A stretch of 64,000 nucleotides of DNA from Nocardioides sp. (GTDB taxonomy: Bacteria > Actinomycetota > Actinomycetes > Propionibacteriales > Nocardioidaceae): the NCBI GenBank assembly GCA_046597165.1, contig JBKJLD010000060.1, forward strand, positions 1,167 through 65,166, read 5' to 3'. A model generated the notes under the pieces. That model had not been told where the DNA came from. It saw only the letters and a list, made by a program, of their open reading frames with translations, and made no database searches. Below, piece after piece: positions 23,835-34,364 of the stretch. Position numbers and translations under genes: made by a program. Numbering within the stretch: the stretch's first letter is position 1; every line of letters starts with the position of its first letter.

Positions 23835-25211
23835 ATGGCCGACACCCTGGACCCCGCCAATCTCGGCGCGATCTTCAAGGCATACGACGTCCGCGGCCTC
23901 GTGCCCGAGCAGCTCGACGAGGAGCTCGCGCGCGCCACCGGGCGTGCGTACGTCCACGTCGTGGGCGCGAGCACCGTGGTGGTGGGTCACGACATGCGCC
24001 CCAGCTCCCCGGGCATGGCAGGCGCCTTCGCGGACGGTGCCACCGAGGCCGGGGCCGACGTCGTCCTGATCGGGCTGGCCTCCACCGACCAGCTCTACTT
24101 CGCGTCCGGCCACCTCGGGCTGCCCGGAGTGATGTTCACCGCGAGTCACAACCCAGCCCAGTACAACGGCATCAAGATGTGCCGCACCAACGCGCTGCCG
24201 ATCGGCATGGAGACCGGGCTGGCCGAGATTCGCGACGTGGTCGCCTCCGGTCACCCGCCGACCGCCGGGTTGCAGGGCACGATCACCAACCACGACGTCC
24301 TCGAGGCGTACGCCGCGCACCTGCTCGCCCTGGCGCCGGTCACCGGACGCCGGCTCAAGGTCGTGATCGACGCCGGTAACGGGATGGCCGGCTACACCGC
24401 CCCCGCGGTCTTCGGCCGCCTCGGCGAGGATCAGGTCGAGGTGGTGCCCATGTACTTCGAGCTCGACGGCACGTTCCCGAACCACGAGGCCAACCCGATC
24501 GACCCCGAGAACCTGGTGGACCTCCAGCGTCGGGTCGTGGCCGAGGGTGCCGACATCGGCCTGGCCTTCGACGGGGACGCCGACCGCTGCTTCCTGGTCG
24601 ACGAGGGCGGGCGTGCGGTCTCGCCCTCGACCCTGACCGGCCTGATCGCCGCCCGGGAGCTGGCCAAGGAGCCGGGCGCGTCGGTGATCCACAACCTGAT
24701 CACCAGCCGCTCCGTGCCCGAGCTGATCACCGAGCTCGGTGGCGTCCCCGTCCGCACCCGCGTCGGCCACTCCTACATCAAGGCCACGATGGCCGAGACC
24801 GACGCCATCTTCGGCGGCGAGCACAGCGGCCACTTCTACTTCCGCGACTTCTGGCGCGCCGACTCGGGCATGCTGGCCGCACTGCATGCGCTGGCCGCGC
24901 TGGCCGAGACCGACCGCCCCCTCTCCGAGCTCCTAGCCGACTACGAGCGGTACGTCGTCAGTGGAGAGATCAACTCCACGGTGGCCGACCAGGCCGGCGC
25001 GACGGCCGAGGTCGAGGCCGCCTACGCCGACCGTGCAGACGTGACCACCGACTGGCTCGACGGCCTCACGGTGACCCACCCGGACTGGTGGTTCAACGTG
25101 CGTCCGTCCAACACCGAGCCGTTGCTGCGGCTCAACGCCGAAGGTCGCGACCAGGCCACCATGGCCGAGGTGCGCGACGCCGTCCTCACGATCATCAGGA
25201 GAGAGCGATGA
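23835..25211 (+). CDS. manB: Phosphomannomutase/phosphoglucomutase
   Basis: FKAYDVRG, TASHNP, FDGDADR, GGEHSGH and RPSNTEP. Confidence 0.95.
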   Translation: MADTLDPANLGAIFKAYDVRGLVPEQLDEELARATGRAYVHVVGASTVVVGHDMRPSSPGMAGAFADGATEAGADVVLIGLASTDQLYFASGHLGLPGVMFTASHNPAQYNGIKMCRTNALPIGMETGLAEIRDVVASGHPPTAGLQGTITNHDVLEAYAAHLLALAPVTGRRLKVVIDAGNGMAGYTAPAVFGRLGEDQVEVVPMYFELDGTFPNHEANPIDPENLVDLQRRVVAEGADIGLAFDGDADRCFLVDEGGRAVSPSTLTGLIAARELAKEPGASVIHNLITSRSVPELITELGGVPVRTRVGHSYIKATMAETDAIFGGEHSGHFYFRDFWRADSGMLAALHALAALAETDRPLSELLADYERYVVSGEINSTVADQAGATAEVEAAYADRADVTTDWLDGLTVTHPDWWFNVRPSNTEPLLRLNAEGRDQATMAEVRDAVLTIIRRER

Positions 25212-25384
25212 GTTCGAACTTCCAGTTGGACCCTGCCCTGCTCGACATCATCGTCTGCCCCAAGTGCCACGCCTCCCTCGCGCCCACGGGCGACGAGCTG
25301 GTGTGCACCGGATGCGGCCTGGCCTACCCGGTCCGTGACGACATCCCGGTGCTGCTGGTCGACGAGGCCCGCAAGCCGGCCTGA
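25208..25384 (+). CDS. Trm112 family protein
   Basis: LLDIIVCPKC..C..CGLAYPVRDDIPVLL. Confidence 0.9.
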   Translation: MSSNFQLDPALLDIIVCPKCHASLAPTGDELVCTGCGLAYPVRDDIPVLLVDEARKPA

Positions 25385-25394
25385 GCGCGAACCG

Positions 25395-26426
25395 ATGGCG
25401 ACCTGGTTCGACGAGTCCCGGCTCGACGACGAGCAGGCACTGGCCTTCTCTGACACGGTGCTGCGCACCCTGGCGGAGTCGGGGGCGCGAGTCCGACGCG
25501 AGGCCAGCGGTGCGGCAGACGCTGCCGACGAGGCGGTGGCCCGCAGCCAGGAACAGGCCCGCCCCCGGGCGGTGATCGCGGCCGGCCCGGACTCCCGCCT
25601 CCTGCGGGCGGTCCTCGAGCCGTGGTGCCCAGTGCCGTTCGTGGCCTGGCCGTCGCCGGCCCTGCCCGGCTGGGCAGGAAGTCTGGACCTGGTGGTGGTG
25701 CTCGCCCCAGACGGGCGCGACCCCGGCACCGCGTCGGCGGTGGCCGAGGCGGTCCGGCGTGGCTGCCAGGTCGTCGTGGCCGGTCCGCCGGGCTCGATGG
25801 TCGCCGAGCACGCCGCCGGCCGATGGAGCACGATCCTGCCGACCGTCACGCGTGACCAGCTCGCAACCGCGGTCGTGATGCTCGACTTCCTGTCCCGCAT
25901 CCAGCTCGGCCCGCGCGCGGCCGCCGAGCAGGTCGCGGAGTCGCTGGATGCCGTCGCCGTGGCCTGCTCGCCGCGGCGCGACCTCGCAGTCAACCCGGCC
26001 AAGATGCTGGCCATCGCCCTGGCTGACGCGAACCCTCTCGTGTGGGGTGGCTCGGTGCTGGCGGCCCGGGCGGCCCGGCGCGTGGCCGAGTCGATCCGGC
26101 GTACCAGCGGACGTACGGCCCTGGCGGGCGACGCCGAGCACCTGCTGCCGGTGATCGAGGCGACGCGCCAGCGCGACGTCTTCGACGACCCGTTCGCCGA
26201 CGACGGGGGGGAGCTGCGGCCGATGCTCCTCGTGCTCGACGACGGGGCGGAGGAGTCCGTGGTCCGAGAGCAGCGCGCGCGGCTCCAGAGCGAGGCGGCG
26301 GCGCGGGGGGTTCGTGTCGAGCTCCTCACGACCGAGGCCCCGACCGAGGTCGCGCGCTACGCCTCGCTCATGCTCAGCGGCACCTACGCCGCGGAGTACC
26401 TCCGCCTCGGCCTGGTCGAGAGCTGA
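25395..26426 (+). CDS. SIS-domain protein (TobH/bifunctional PGI-PMI-like)
   Basis: LPGWAGSLDLVVV, EAVRRG and NPAK; conserved position after manB-Trm112. Confidence 0.75.
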   Translation: MATWFDESRLDDEQALAFSDTVLRTLAESGARVRREASGAADAADEAVARSQEQARPRAVIAAGPDSRLLRAVLEPWCPVPFVAWPSPALPGWAGSLDLVVVLAPDGRDPGTASAVAEAVRRGCQVVVAGPPGSMVAEHAAGRWSTILPTVTRDQLATAVVMLDFLSRIQLGPRAAAEQVAESLDAVAVACSPRRDLAVNPAKMLAIALADANPLVWGGSVLAARAARRVAESIRRTSGRTALAGDAEHLLPVIEATRQRDVFDDPFADDGGELRPMLLVLDDGAEESVVREQRARLQSEAAARGVRVELLTTEAPTEVARYASLMLSGTYAAEYLRLGLVES

Positions 26427-26452
26427 CCTCGCCCCAACGATAAATTGTCCGG

Positions 26453-27571
26453 ATGCCCTCCGCGACCAAGCCCCGCGACCCGTGGTTCGACAACGCCAAG
26501 ATGGCGTTGGTGACCCTGGTTGTCGTCGGGCATTCCTGGACGCTGCTCCCGGCCAACCGGGTGGACGACCACCTCTACGACTTCCTGTACGTCTGGCACG
26601 TCCCGGCGTTCGTCTTCGTCACCGGGTACCTCTCGCGCAGCTTCGCGTGGAACCGCGACCGGATGTGGCATCTGTTCCGCACCGTCGTCGTGCCGTACGT
26701 CGTCTTCGAGTGCGCGCTGGCCCTGTTCCGCATCTACGTGGGCGGGGAGCAGCTGGAGGATCTCTTCGCCGACCCGCACTGGCCGATGTGGTACCTCTCG
26801 GCCCTCTTCTTCTGGCGACTGGTGACCCCGGCCTTCCGGCCGCTGTGGGGTGGCGTGGTCGTCGCGGTCTTGATCAGCCTGGTGGCCGGGATGAGGGCCG
26901 GGGACACCCTCGACCTGGCCCGGATCGTGGGCCTGCTCCCGTTCTTCGTCCTGGGCCTCAAGGCCACGCCCGAGCGGCTGGCCCTGCTGCGCGGGCGCCC
27001 GTGGGTCAAGGTGGTCGGGGCAGGCGTCCTGGTGACCATCGCGATCCTCACGACCTGGACCGACTCCTGGGCCAGCACCGAGTGGCTCTACTACCGCTCG
27101 CAGTACGGCGAGCTCGGGACCAGCGACCTGCGGTCGTTCCTGACCCGAGGGGTGCTGCTCGTGGTCGGCACGCTGGGCGCCTGGGCGTTCCTCTCGCTGC
27201 TCCCGCGGCGCGGCGGCTGGTTCGCCACGATGGGCTCGGCATCCCTGGTGGTCTACCTGTTCCACGGCTTCGTCGTGAAGGGGCTGGAGTACTCGTCCTA
27301 CCCCGACTGGGCAGCCGCCCATCCGTGGATCGCCCTGCCGGTGACCACGTTGGGCGCGGTGCTGCTCGCGCTCGCGCTGGCCAGTCCGCCCGTCTCGCGC
27401 CGTCTCGGGGTGCTGGTGGACCCGCTCGGCCTCGGGGAGCGGCACCTCGTCGACGCGGTGGCCCTGCATCATGCGAAGACCGACGCAGAGGAGCACGCCG
27501 ACGGGGTGGCCGAGGCGATCGCGGAGATCACGGACTCGGCCACCACCCACGACCCCCGGCCGACCGGATAG
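26453..27571 (+). CDS. Acyltransferase_3 family membrane O-acyltransferase
   Basis: DNAK..LVVVGH, HVPAFVFVTGY, WYL and VYLFH. Confidence 0.88.
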   Translation: MPSATKPRDPWFDNAKMALVTLVVVGHSWTLLPANRVDDHLYDFLYVWHVPAFVFVTGYLSRSFAWNRDRMWHLFRTVVVPYVVFECALALFRIYVGGEQLEDLFADPHWPMWYLSALFFWRLVTPAFRPLWGGVVVAVLISLVAGMRAGDTLDLARIVGLLPFFVLGLKATPERLALLRGRPWVKVVGAGVLVTIAILTTWTDSWASTEWLYYRSQYGELGTSDLRSFLTRGVLLVVGTLGAWAFLSLLPRRGGWFATMGSASLVVYLFHGFVVKGLEYSSYPDWAAAHPWIALPVTTLGAVLLALALASPPVSRRLGVLVDPLGLGERHLVDAVALHHAKTDAEEHADGVAEAIAEITDSATTHDPRPTG

Positions 27572-27581
27572 CCTTCCTCGC

Positions 27582-28574
27582 ATGGCATCCGAGGGTGGGA
27601 AGAAGGCCGTCGTCGCGGCCCTGCTGGCCAACGCCGGCATTGCACTGACGAAGTTCTTGGCGTTCTTCCTCACCGGGGTGAGCTCGATGCTGGCGGAGGC
27701 GATCCACTCGGTGGCCGACGCCGGCAACCAGGGGCTGCTGCTCCTGGGCGGCAAGAAGGCCGAGAAGGACGCGACCGAGGAACACCCGTTCGGCTACGGC
27801 CGCGAGCGCTACATCTACAGCTTCATCGTCTCCATCGTGCTCTTCAGCGTCGGTGGGCTCTTCGCTCTCTACGAGGCGTACCACAAGTTCCACGAGATCC
27901 ACGCGGCCCAGGGGCACCCGCCCGACTCGATCCTGGACAGCCGGTGGTGGTGGGTTCCCTTGCTCGTCCTCGGGGTCGCGATCGTGCTTGAGGGGCTCTC
28001 GTTCCGCACCGCGATCATCGAGACCAACAAGATCCGGGGGGACGCCTCCCTGGCGCAGTTCATCCGCCGGGCCAAGCAGCCCGAGCTGCCGGTCGTCCTG
28101 CTCGAGGACTTCGCGGCCCTGATCGGGCTGGTGTTCGCCTTCGTCGCGGTGTCGTTGGCGCTGCTCACCGAGAACCTCTACTTCGACGTCGCCGGCACGG
28201 GCCTGATCGGGATCCTCCTGGTCTGTGTGGCGGTCGTCCTGGGCCTCGAGACCAAGAGCCTGCTGCTCGGCGAGTCCGCCAGTCTGCCCGCGCAGCGCCG
28301 GATCGCGGCCGCGCTCGCCGAGACCCCGGGTGTCGATCGGGTCATCCACCTCAAGACGATGCACCTCGGTCCCGAAGAGCTCCTCGTCGCCGCGAAGATC
28401 GGCGTCCCGCCCGGCGTCTCCGCGGAGCAGGTGGCGGCCACCATCGACGCGGCTGAGCGGTCCGTGCGGTCCGCGGAGCCGAGCGCCCAGGTCATCTATC
28501 TCGAGCCGGACATCTTCCGGGCCGACTACGAGCCCGACGACCGTCCAGAAGCACCCGCCCCGGCCGGGCACTGA
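27582..28574 (+). CDS. Cation diffusion facilitator transporter
   Basis: [23 protein letters not shown] and HLKTMHLGP. Confidence 0.9.
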   Translation: MASEGGKKAVVAALLANAGIALTKFLAFFLTGVSSMLAEAIHSVADAGNQGLLLLGGKKAEKDATEEHPFGYGRERYIYSFIVSIVLFSVGGLFALYEAYHKFHEIHAAQGHPPDSILDSRWWWVPLLVLGVAIVLEGLSFRTAIIETNKIRGDASLAQFIRRAKQPELPVVLLEDFAALIGLVFAFVAVSLALLTENLYFDVAGTGLIGILLVCVAVVLGLETKSLLLGESASLPAQRRIAAALAETPGVDRVIHLKTMHLGPEELLVAAKIGVPPGVSAEQVAATIDAAERSVRSAEPSAQVIYLEPDIFRADYEPDDRPEAPAPAGH

Positions 28575-28687
28575 ACCACCCGATTCGTATTCGGAGCCAC
28601 CGTCGTCGTGGATTCTTCAATCTGCTGAAAGGCGTTCTAATCTCGTTGGCACAGCCACGAGCAGACCCGACCAGCAGGGGGCATTTG

Positions 28688-30133
28688 ATGGACTACAAGG
28701 TTGCCGATCTCAACCTGGCCGACTACGGCCGCACCGAGATCCAGCTCGCCGAGCACGAGATGCCGGGCCTGATGGCCATGCGTGCGCGCTACGGCGACTC
28801 CAAGCCGCTCGCAGGTGCCCGCATCGCGGGCTCCCTGCACATGACGATCCAGACCGCCGTGCTGATCGAGACGCTCGTCGCGCTCGGTGCCGAGGTGCGC
28901 TGGGCCTCCTGCAACATCTTCTCCACCCAGGACCACGCGGCCGCCGCGGTCGCCGTCGGGCCCGAGGGCACCGTCGACGCGCCCACCGGCGTCCCGGTCT
29001 TCGCCTGGAAGGGCGAGACGCTGGAGGAGTACTGGTGGTGCACCCAGCAGATCCTGCTCTGGCCCAACGGTCAGTTCGCCAACATGATCCTCGACGACGG
29101 TGGCGACGCCACCATGCTGATCCACCTCGGTGTCGAGGCCGAGAAGTCTGGTGTCGCGCCGGACCCGGCCACGGCCAAGAGCCACGAGCAGAAGGTCGTC
29201 TTCAACGTCCTGAACGCCTCGCTGGCCGAGAGCTTGGACCGCTGGACGTCGGTCGCCGGTGAGATCAAGGGCGTCACGGAGGAGACCACGACCGGTGTCC
29301 TGCGGCTCTACGACATGATGAAGGAAGGCTCGCTGCTCTTCCCCGCCATCAACGTCAACGACTCGGTCACCAAGTCGAAGTTCGACAACAAGTACGGCTG
29401 CCGCCACTCGCTGATCGACGGCATCAACCGGGCCACCGACGTCCTCATCGGCGGCAAGGTCGCGGTCGTCTGCGGCTACGGCGACGTCGGCAAGGGCTGC
29501 GCCGAGTCGCTGCGCGGCCAGGGTGCCCGCGTGGTCATCACCGAGATCGACCCGATCTGCGCCCTCCAGGCGGCCATGGACGGCTACCAGGTCACCACGC
29601 TCGACGACGTGCTCGACGTCGCGGACATCATCATCACCTCCACCGGTAACAAGGACGTCGTCACCGTCGAGCAGATGGCCCGCATGAAGCACCAGGCGAT
29701 CCTGGGCAACATCGGTCACTTCGACAACGAGATCGACATGGCCGGACTCGAGACGTACGCCGGGATCGTGCGCAAGAACGTCAAGCCGCAGGTCGACGTG
29801 TGGACCTTCCCGGGGGGCTCCGAGCGCGAGCCGCACTCGATCATCGTCCTGTCCGAGGGCCGCCTGATGAACCTCGGCAACGCGACCGGCCACCCGTCGT
29901 TCGTCATGTCGAACTCGTTCACCAACCAGGTGCTCGCGCAGATCGAGATCTTCACCAAGCCGCAGGAGTACCCCGTCGGCGTCTACGTGCTGCCCAAGCA
30001 CCTCGACGAAGAGGTCGCCCGCCTGCACCTCGGCGCGCTGGGCGTGAAGCTGACGACCCTGAGCGACGACCAGGCGTCGTACCTCGGCGTCGACGTCAGC
30101 GGTCCGTACAAGTCGGACCAGTACCGCTACTGA
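28688..30133 (+). CDS. ahcY: Adenosylhomocysteinase
   Basis: [41 protein letters not shown] and GHPSFVMS. Confidence 0.98.
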   Translation: MDYKVADLNLADYGRTEIQLAEHEMPGLMAMRARYGDSKPLAGARIAGSLHMTIQTAVLIETLVALGAEVRWASCNIFSTQDHAAAAVAVGPEGTVDAPTGVPVFAWKGETLEEYWWCTQQILLWPNGQFANMILDDGGDATMLIHLGVEAEKSGVAPDPATAKSHEQKVVFNVLNASLAESLDRWTSVAGEIKGVTEETTTGVLRLYDMMKEGSLLFPAINVNDSVTKSKFDNKYGCRHSLIDGINRATDVLIGGKVAVVCGYGDVGKGCAESLRGQGARVVITEIDPICALQAAMDGYQVTTLDDVLDVADIIITSTGNKDVVTVEQMARMKHQAILGNIGHFDNEIDMAGLETYAGIVRKNVKPQVDVWTFPGGSEREPHSIIVLSEGRLMNLGNATGHPSFVMSNSFTNQVLAQIEIFTKPQEYPVGVYVLPKHLDEEVARLHLGALGVKLTTLSDDQASYLGVDVSGPYKSDQYRY

Positions 30134-30152
30134 GCATCCACGACAGCCGGAT

Positions 30153-30189
30153 CGGGCTCGGGCGACGCACGCGCGTTCGCTCGAGCCCG
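30153..30189 (+). terminator. Stem-loop after ahcY
   Basis: CGGGCTCGGGCGA pairs with TCGCTCGAGCCCG (one G-U). Confidence 0.6.
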
Positions 30190-30221
30190 CATTCCGTGGT
30201 CGGGACTGGCAGGATTGAGCC

Positions 30222-30923
30222 ATGAGCAACTCCGCCGAGCACGACTGGAAGGGACGCATCCTTGTCGTCGACGACGACGCCTCCCTCGCGGAGATGCTCA
30301 CCATCGTCCTGCGCCAGGAGGGTTTCGACAGCCGGATGTGCTTTCGCGGGGACCTCGCGCTCGCGGAGTTCCGTGACTACCGGCCCGATCTGGTGCTCCT
30401 GGACCTCATGCTGCCCGGAAAGGACGGCATCGACGTCTGCAAGGAGATCCGCGCGGAGTCCGGCGTCCCGATCGTGATGCTGACGGCCAAGGGCGACACC
30501 GTGGACGTCGTGGTCGGCCTCGAGTCGGGTGCCGACGACTACGTCGTCAAGCCCTTCAAGCCCAAGGAGCTGGTGGCCCGGATCCGGGCCCGGGTGCGCA
30601 GCTTCTCGGTCCACGACCAGGAGTCGCTCACCATCGGCGACCTCACCATCGACGTGGCCGGCCACTCGGTCACCCGGGCCGCGGTCCCGATCAGCCTGAC
30701 TCCCCTGGAGTTCGACCTGCTGGTCTGCCTGGCCCGCAAACCGTGGCAGGTCTTCACCCGCGAGGTCCTGCTCGAGCAGGTGTGGGGCTACCGGCACGCC
30801 GCCGACACCAGGCTGGTGAACGTCCACGTCCAACGCCTGCGGTCGAAGGTGGAGCACGACCCCGAGAACCCGGAGATCGTGGTCACCGTGCGCGGCGTGG
30901 GGTACAAAGCCGGAAACCAGTAG
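30222..30923 (+). CDS. mtrA: Two-component response regulator MtrA
   Basis: OmpR-type; LAEMLTIVL and WGYRHAADTRLVNVHVQRLRSK; followed by kinase and lpqB. Confidence 0.96.
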   Translation: MSNSAEHDWKGRILVVDDDASLAEMLTIVLRQEGFDSRMCFRGDLALAEFRDYRPDLVLLDLMLPGKDGIDVCKEIRAESGVPIVMLTAKGDTVDVVVGLESGADDYVVKPFKPKELVARIRARVRSFSVHDQESLTIGDLTIDVAGHSVTRAAVPISLTPLEFDLLVCLARKPWQVFTREVLLEQVWGYRHAADTRLVNVHVQRLRSKVEHDPENPEIVVTVRGVGYKAGNQ

Positions 30924-30932
30924 GTCGTTCCC

Positions 30933-32543
30933 GTGGCCTCGCGCAGTCTCCCGGCCGCCCTCCGTCGCGGCCTCACGTTCTGGCGACGCTCGATCCAGGC
31001 ACGGGTGGTGGCGAGCACGGTGCTGCTCTCGGCCACCGTGGTCGGCATCGTCGGCTGGTTCCTGCTGCAGCAGACCCGCGAGGGGCTGCTCGACCACCGG
31101 GTCGCCGCCGTCGTCGGTGAGGCCAACAACGAGACGACCGAGGCCCGGTCGCGTCTGGCTGCCGCCCCCGGGACGGACATCAACTCCTCCTCCCAGCAGC
31201 GGGACCTGATCGAGCCGATCATCGCCCGGGGCGTCACCCGTGGCTTCAGCGTCGTCCTCGCCGGACCGGTCGGCGACACTGTCAGCCGGATCGCCGACGG
31301 AGGCGCCGAGTTCACTCCCGGGCTGGACACGGCCAGTGTTCCGGTGGCCCTGCAGAAGCACTTCGACCAGCCGAACACCACCGCCTGGACCTACACCCGG
31401 ATCCGCAGCGTGGACCCCAGCCAGGCGACCGGCCCCGTCGACCAGCCGGGGGTGGTGGTCGGCTCCCAGGTCAAGCTGCCCTCGGACGGTGCGACGTACA
31501 CCCTCTACTACCTGTTCCCGCTCAATGAGGAACGCGAGACCCTCGCCCTGGTGACGCGGGCGCTGCTCACCGCGGGACTGCTCCTGCTGGTCCTGGTGGC
31601 CGGGCTGACCTGGCTGGTCACCCGGCAGGTGGTCACCCCGATTCGACTGGCCCGCCGGGTGGCGGAGCGGTTGGCTGCCGGCGAGCTGCAGGAGCGGCTC
31701 AAGGTCTCCGGCGAGGACGACCTGGCTCGCCTGGCCACCTCGTTCAACCAGATGGCCAGCAACCTGCAACGCCAGATCCGGCAGCTCGAGGAGCTCAGCC
31801 GGGTCCAGCGCCGCTTCGTCTCGGACGTCTCCCACGAGCTGCGTACGCCGCTGACGACCGTGCGAATGGCCGGCGACGTGCTGCACGACGCCCGCGCGGA
31901 CTTCGACGCGACCACGGCCCGGGCCGCCGAGCTCCTCCAGACCGAGCTGGACCGCTTCGAGACCCTGCTCGTCGACCTGCTCGAGATCAGCAGGTTCGAC
32001 GCCGGGGCGGCGGTCCTCGACGTGGACGACGTCAACCTGGTCGACGTCGCGCACCGGGTGGTGGACATGACCAAGGTGCTCGCCGAGAAGCGTGACACCC
32101 GCGTCGTGGTCGATGCCCCGCGCCATCCGTGCCTGGCGGAGGCCGACGTCCGACGGGTCGAGCGGATCGTGCGCAACCTGGTCACCAACGCGATCGACCA
32201 CGCCGAGAGCGGCGACATCGTCCTGCACGTCGCGGGTGACTCCCACTCGTCCGCCATCGCGGTGCGTGACTACGGCGTCGGGCTGGCGCCGGGGGAGTCC
32301 GCGATGGTCTTCAACCGGTTCTGGCGCGCGGACCCGGCCCGCGCCCGCACCAGCGGCGGGACCGGGCTGGGCCTCTCGATCTCCCTGGAGGACACCCATC
32401 TCCACGGCGGTTGGCTGCAGGCCTGGGGAAGACCCGGGCAGGGTGCACAGTTCCGGCTGACCCTGCCCCGTCGTTCGGGCGGGGCGCTGCGTCAGAGCCC
32501 CCTGCCGCTGGTGCCCACCGACGCCGAGGAGCCCGTCTCGTGA
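30933..32543 (+). CDS. mtrB: Sensor histidine kinase MtrB
   Basis: Two TMs, HAMP, SDVSHELRTPL, and FWRADPARAR..GGTGLGL. Confidence 0.95.
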   Translation: MASRSLPAALRRGLTFWRRSIQARVVASTVLLSATVVGIVGWFLLQQTREGLLDHRVAAVVGEANNETTEARSRLAAAPGTDINSSSQQRDLIEPIIARGVTRGFSVVLAGPVGDTVSRIADGGAEFTPGLDTASVPVALQKHFDQPNTTAWTYTRIRSVDPSQATGPVDQPGVVVGSQVKLPSDGATYTLYYLFPLNEERETLALVTRALLTAGLLLLVLVAGLTWLVTRQVVTPIRLARRVAERLAAGELQERLKVSGEDDLARLATSFNQMASNLQRQIRQLEELSRVQRRFVSDVSHELRTPLTTVRMAGDVLHDARADFDATTARAAELLQTELDRFETLLVDLLEISRFDAGAAVLDVDDVNLVDVAHRVVDMTKVLAEKRDTRVVVDAPRHPCLAEADVRRVERIVRNLVTNAIDHAESGDIVLHVAGDSHSSAIAVRDYGVGLAPGESAMVFNRFWRADPARARTSGGTGLGLSISLEDTHLHGGWLQAWGRPGQGAQFRLTLPRRSGGALRQSPLPLVPTDAEEPVS

Positions 32544-34288
32544 CCACCCGACCACGCCGTGTCGCCGTCGCCCTGGCGGTGGCCCTGGGCCTGCTCGTGC
32601 CGGCTGGCTGCGTGCGGATGCCCGAGTCCGGACCGGTCGTCGAGACCCGCTCGGAAGGCAACCTCAACTCCGACCCGGGAATCTACATCGACCCGAAGCC
32701 TCCGCAGTCCGGCGAGTCTGCGCCCGACATCGTCAAGGGTTTCCTCGACGCGATGACCGCGACGCCCGTCCAGACCAACGTGGCCAAGCAGTTCCTCACC
32801 CAGGACGGCGCGGCGTCGTGGAACCCCGAGCTGGAGACGATCACGTACGGCGACGCGTCGCCGCCGCGCGGCAGCACCCGGGTCTCGGTCACGCTCACCG
32901 GGGCCGATCACCTCGACGCGCGGGGGGCGTGGCAGGGTCGCCTGCCCCGCGGCGAGGATGTCTTGTCGTTCCCCATGGTCATGGAGAACGGCGAGTGGCG
33001 GATCGCCGAGGCCCCGGACGCCCTGGTGGTCCCCGAGACCTGGTTCGATCAGCGGTTCCGGCAGGTGTCGCTCTACTTCTTCGACCCGACGGCCAGGATC
33101 CTGGTGCCGGAACCGGTCTTCGTGCCCCGCGGCGAGCAGCTGGCCACCTCGCTCACCCAGGCGCTGCTGCTGGGTCCCGGCCGGGAGCTGGCGCGGGTGT
33201 CTCGGAGCTTCATCCCGTCGGGACTGACCTTCGGCCTCTCGGTTCCGGTCACCGCCGACGGCATCGCCGACATCTCTCTCAAGGGGGACGCGGGACAGCA
33301 GACGCCGCAGGCGATCGAGCTGATGCTCGCCCAGTTCGCGTGGACGTTGCGCCAGGAACCCACGATCAAGGCGATCCGGATCTCCATCGGGGGCCAGTCG
33401 CTCCAGCTTCCCGGCGGCGCCAGCGAGGTCAGCGTGATGCAGGGACTCGAGTACGACCCCACCGGGTTCCAGGCGAGCTCGCTGCTCTACGGACTGCGCA
33501 ACGGGCTCCTGGTCTCGGGTCCGCCCGATGCCCTCGAGGCCGTGGCCGGCCCCCTGGGCACCACGGCGTACGGCGTCTCCACGATCGCGGTCAACCTGAA
33601 CGCCACCCGGGTGGCTGCGGTGTCGGGCAACGGCCAGTCGCTCCTGCTGGCCCCCGTGCGCGGACGGGACGCCTCGGTCCACCAGGTCGTGGCCGGGGCC
33701 AGCAACCTGCTGCGTCCGGCCTGGGACTTCGCCGATCGCCTGTGGGTGGTGGACCGGGCGCCGGGGGGCGCCCAGATCTGGTTCGTGGAAGGGGAGCAGT
33801 CCACGACCTTGCGGGCCCCCGGCCTCACCGGTCAGCGGCTGCGCAGCTTCCTGGTGTCGCGCGACGGCTCGCGTCTGGTGGCGGTGGTCCACCGCCCCGG
33901 CGGGGACTCCCTGACCGTCAGCCGCATCCTCTACGACGACAACGGTCACGTGCTGCGCGCAACCCGGGCCCGCACGATCGCCTGGGACGGTGCGGGGCTG
34001 CTCAACATCCGCGACGTCGGCTGGCAGACGCCCTCGACGGTGGCGGTCCTCTACGCCCTGACCAAGGAGCTCTCGCAGGTCCGCACCATCCCGGTCGACG
34101 GGTCGCCGGCGGGTCTGGAGGGGCTGTCCACGACGCTGCGAGGCCGGATCCTGGCTCTGGCCAGCTCCCCGGTGCCCGGTGAGAGCCTCTACGCGGTCTC
34201 CCGCTCCAGCCTGATCGACCTCTCGAACGTCGATGGCGGGAACGCGACCATCGCCCCCCAGGTGAGCATGCTCGGCTACGTCGGCTGA
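32540..34288 (+). CDS. lpqB: Lipoprotein LpqB (GerMN plus beta-propeller)
   Basis: Lipobox PAGC, LYFFDP..LVP and SRDGSR; third gene of mtrAB operon. Confidence 0.9.
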   Translation: MTTRPRRVAVALAVALGLLVPAGCVRMPESGPVVETRSEGNLNSDPGIYIDPKPPQSGESAPDIVKGFLDAMTATPVQTNVAKQFLTQDGAASWNPELETITYGDASPPRGSTRVSVTLTGADHLDARGAWQGRLPRGEDVLSFPMVMENGEWRIAEAPDALVVPETWFDQRFRQVSLYFFDPTARILVPEPVFVPRGEQLATSLTQALLLGPGRELARVSRSFIPSGLTFGLSVPVTADGIADISLKGDAGQQTPQAIELMLAQFAWTLRQEPTIKAIRISIGGQSLQLPGGASEVSVMQGLEYDPTGFQASSLLYGLRNGLLVSGPPDALEAVAGPLGTTAYGVSTIAVNLNATRVAAVSGNGQSLLLAPVRGRDASVHQVVAGASNLLRPAWDFADRLWVVDRAPGGAQIWFVEGEQSTTLRAPGLTGQRLRSFLVSRDGSRLVAVVHRPGGDSLTVSRILYDDNGHVLRATRARTIAWDGAGLLNIRDVGWQTPSTVAVLYALTKELSQVRTIPVDGSPAGLEGLSTTLRGRILALASSPVPGESLYAVSRSSLIDLSNVDGGNATIAPQVSMLGYVG

Positions 34289-34364
34289 GCGGGTCCAGCG
34301 CTCCTGTCCACAGCCCAGGCGTCGCCCCTTGAGCGAGCACGCAGGTTTCTGGTGGCATCGGCGC

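Noticed and set aside
28575-28687. SAH riboswitch expected upstream of ahcY
   Set aside because: No GAGGAGCG...CAGGCTC-type core is visible; the leader is short, with only a TAATCT -10 candidate
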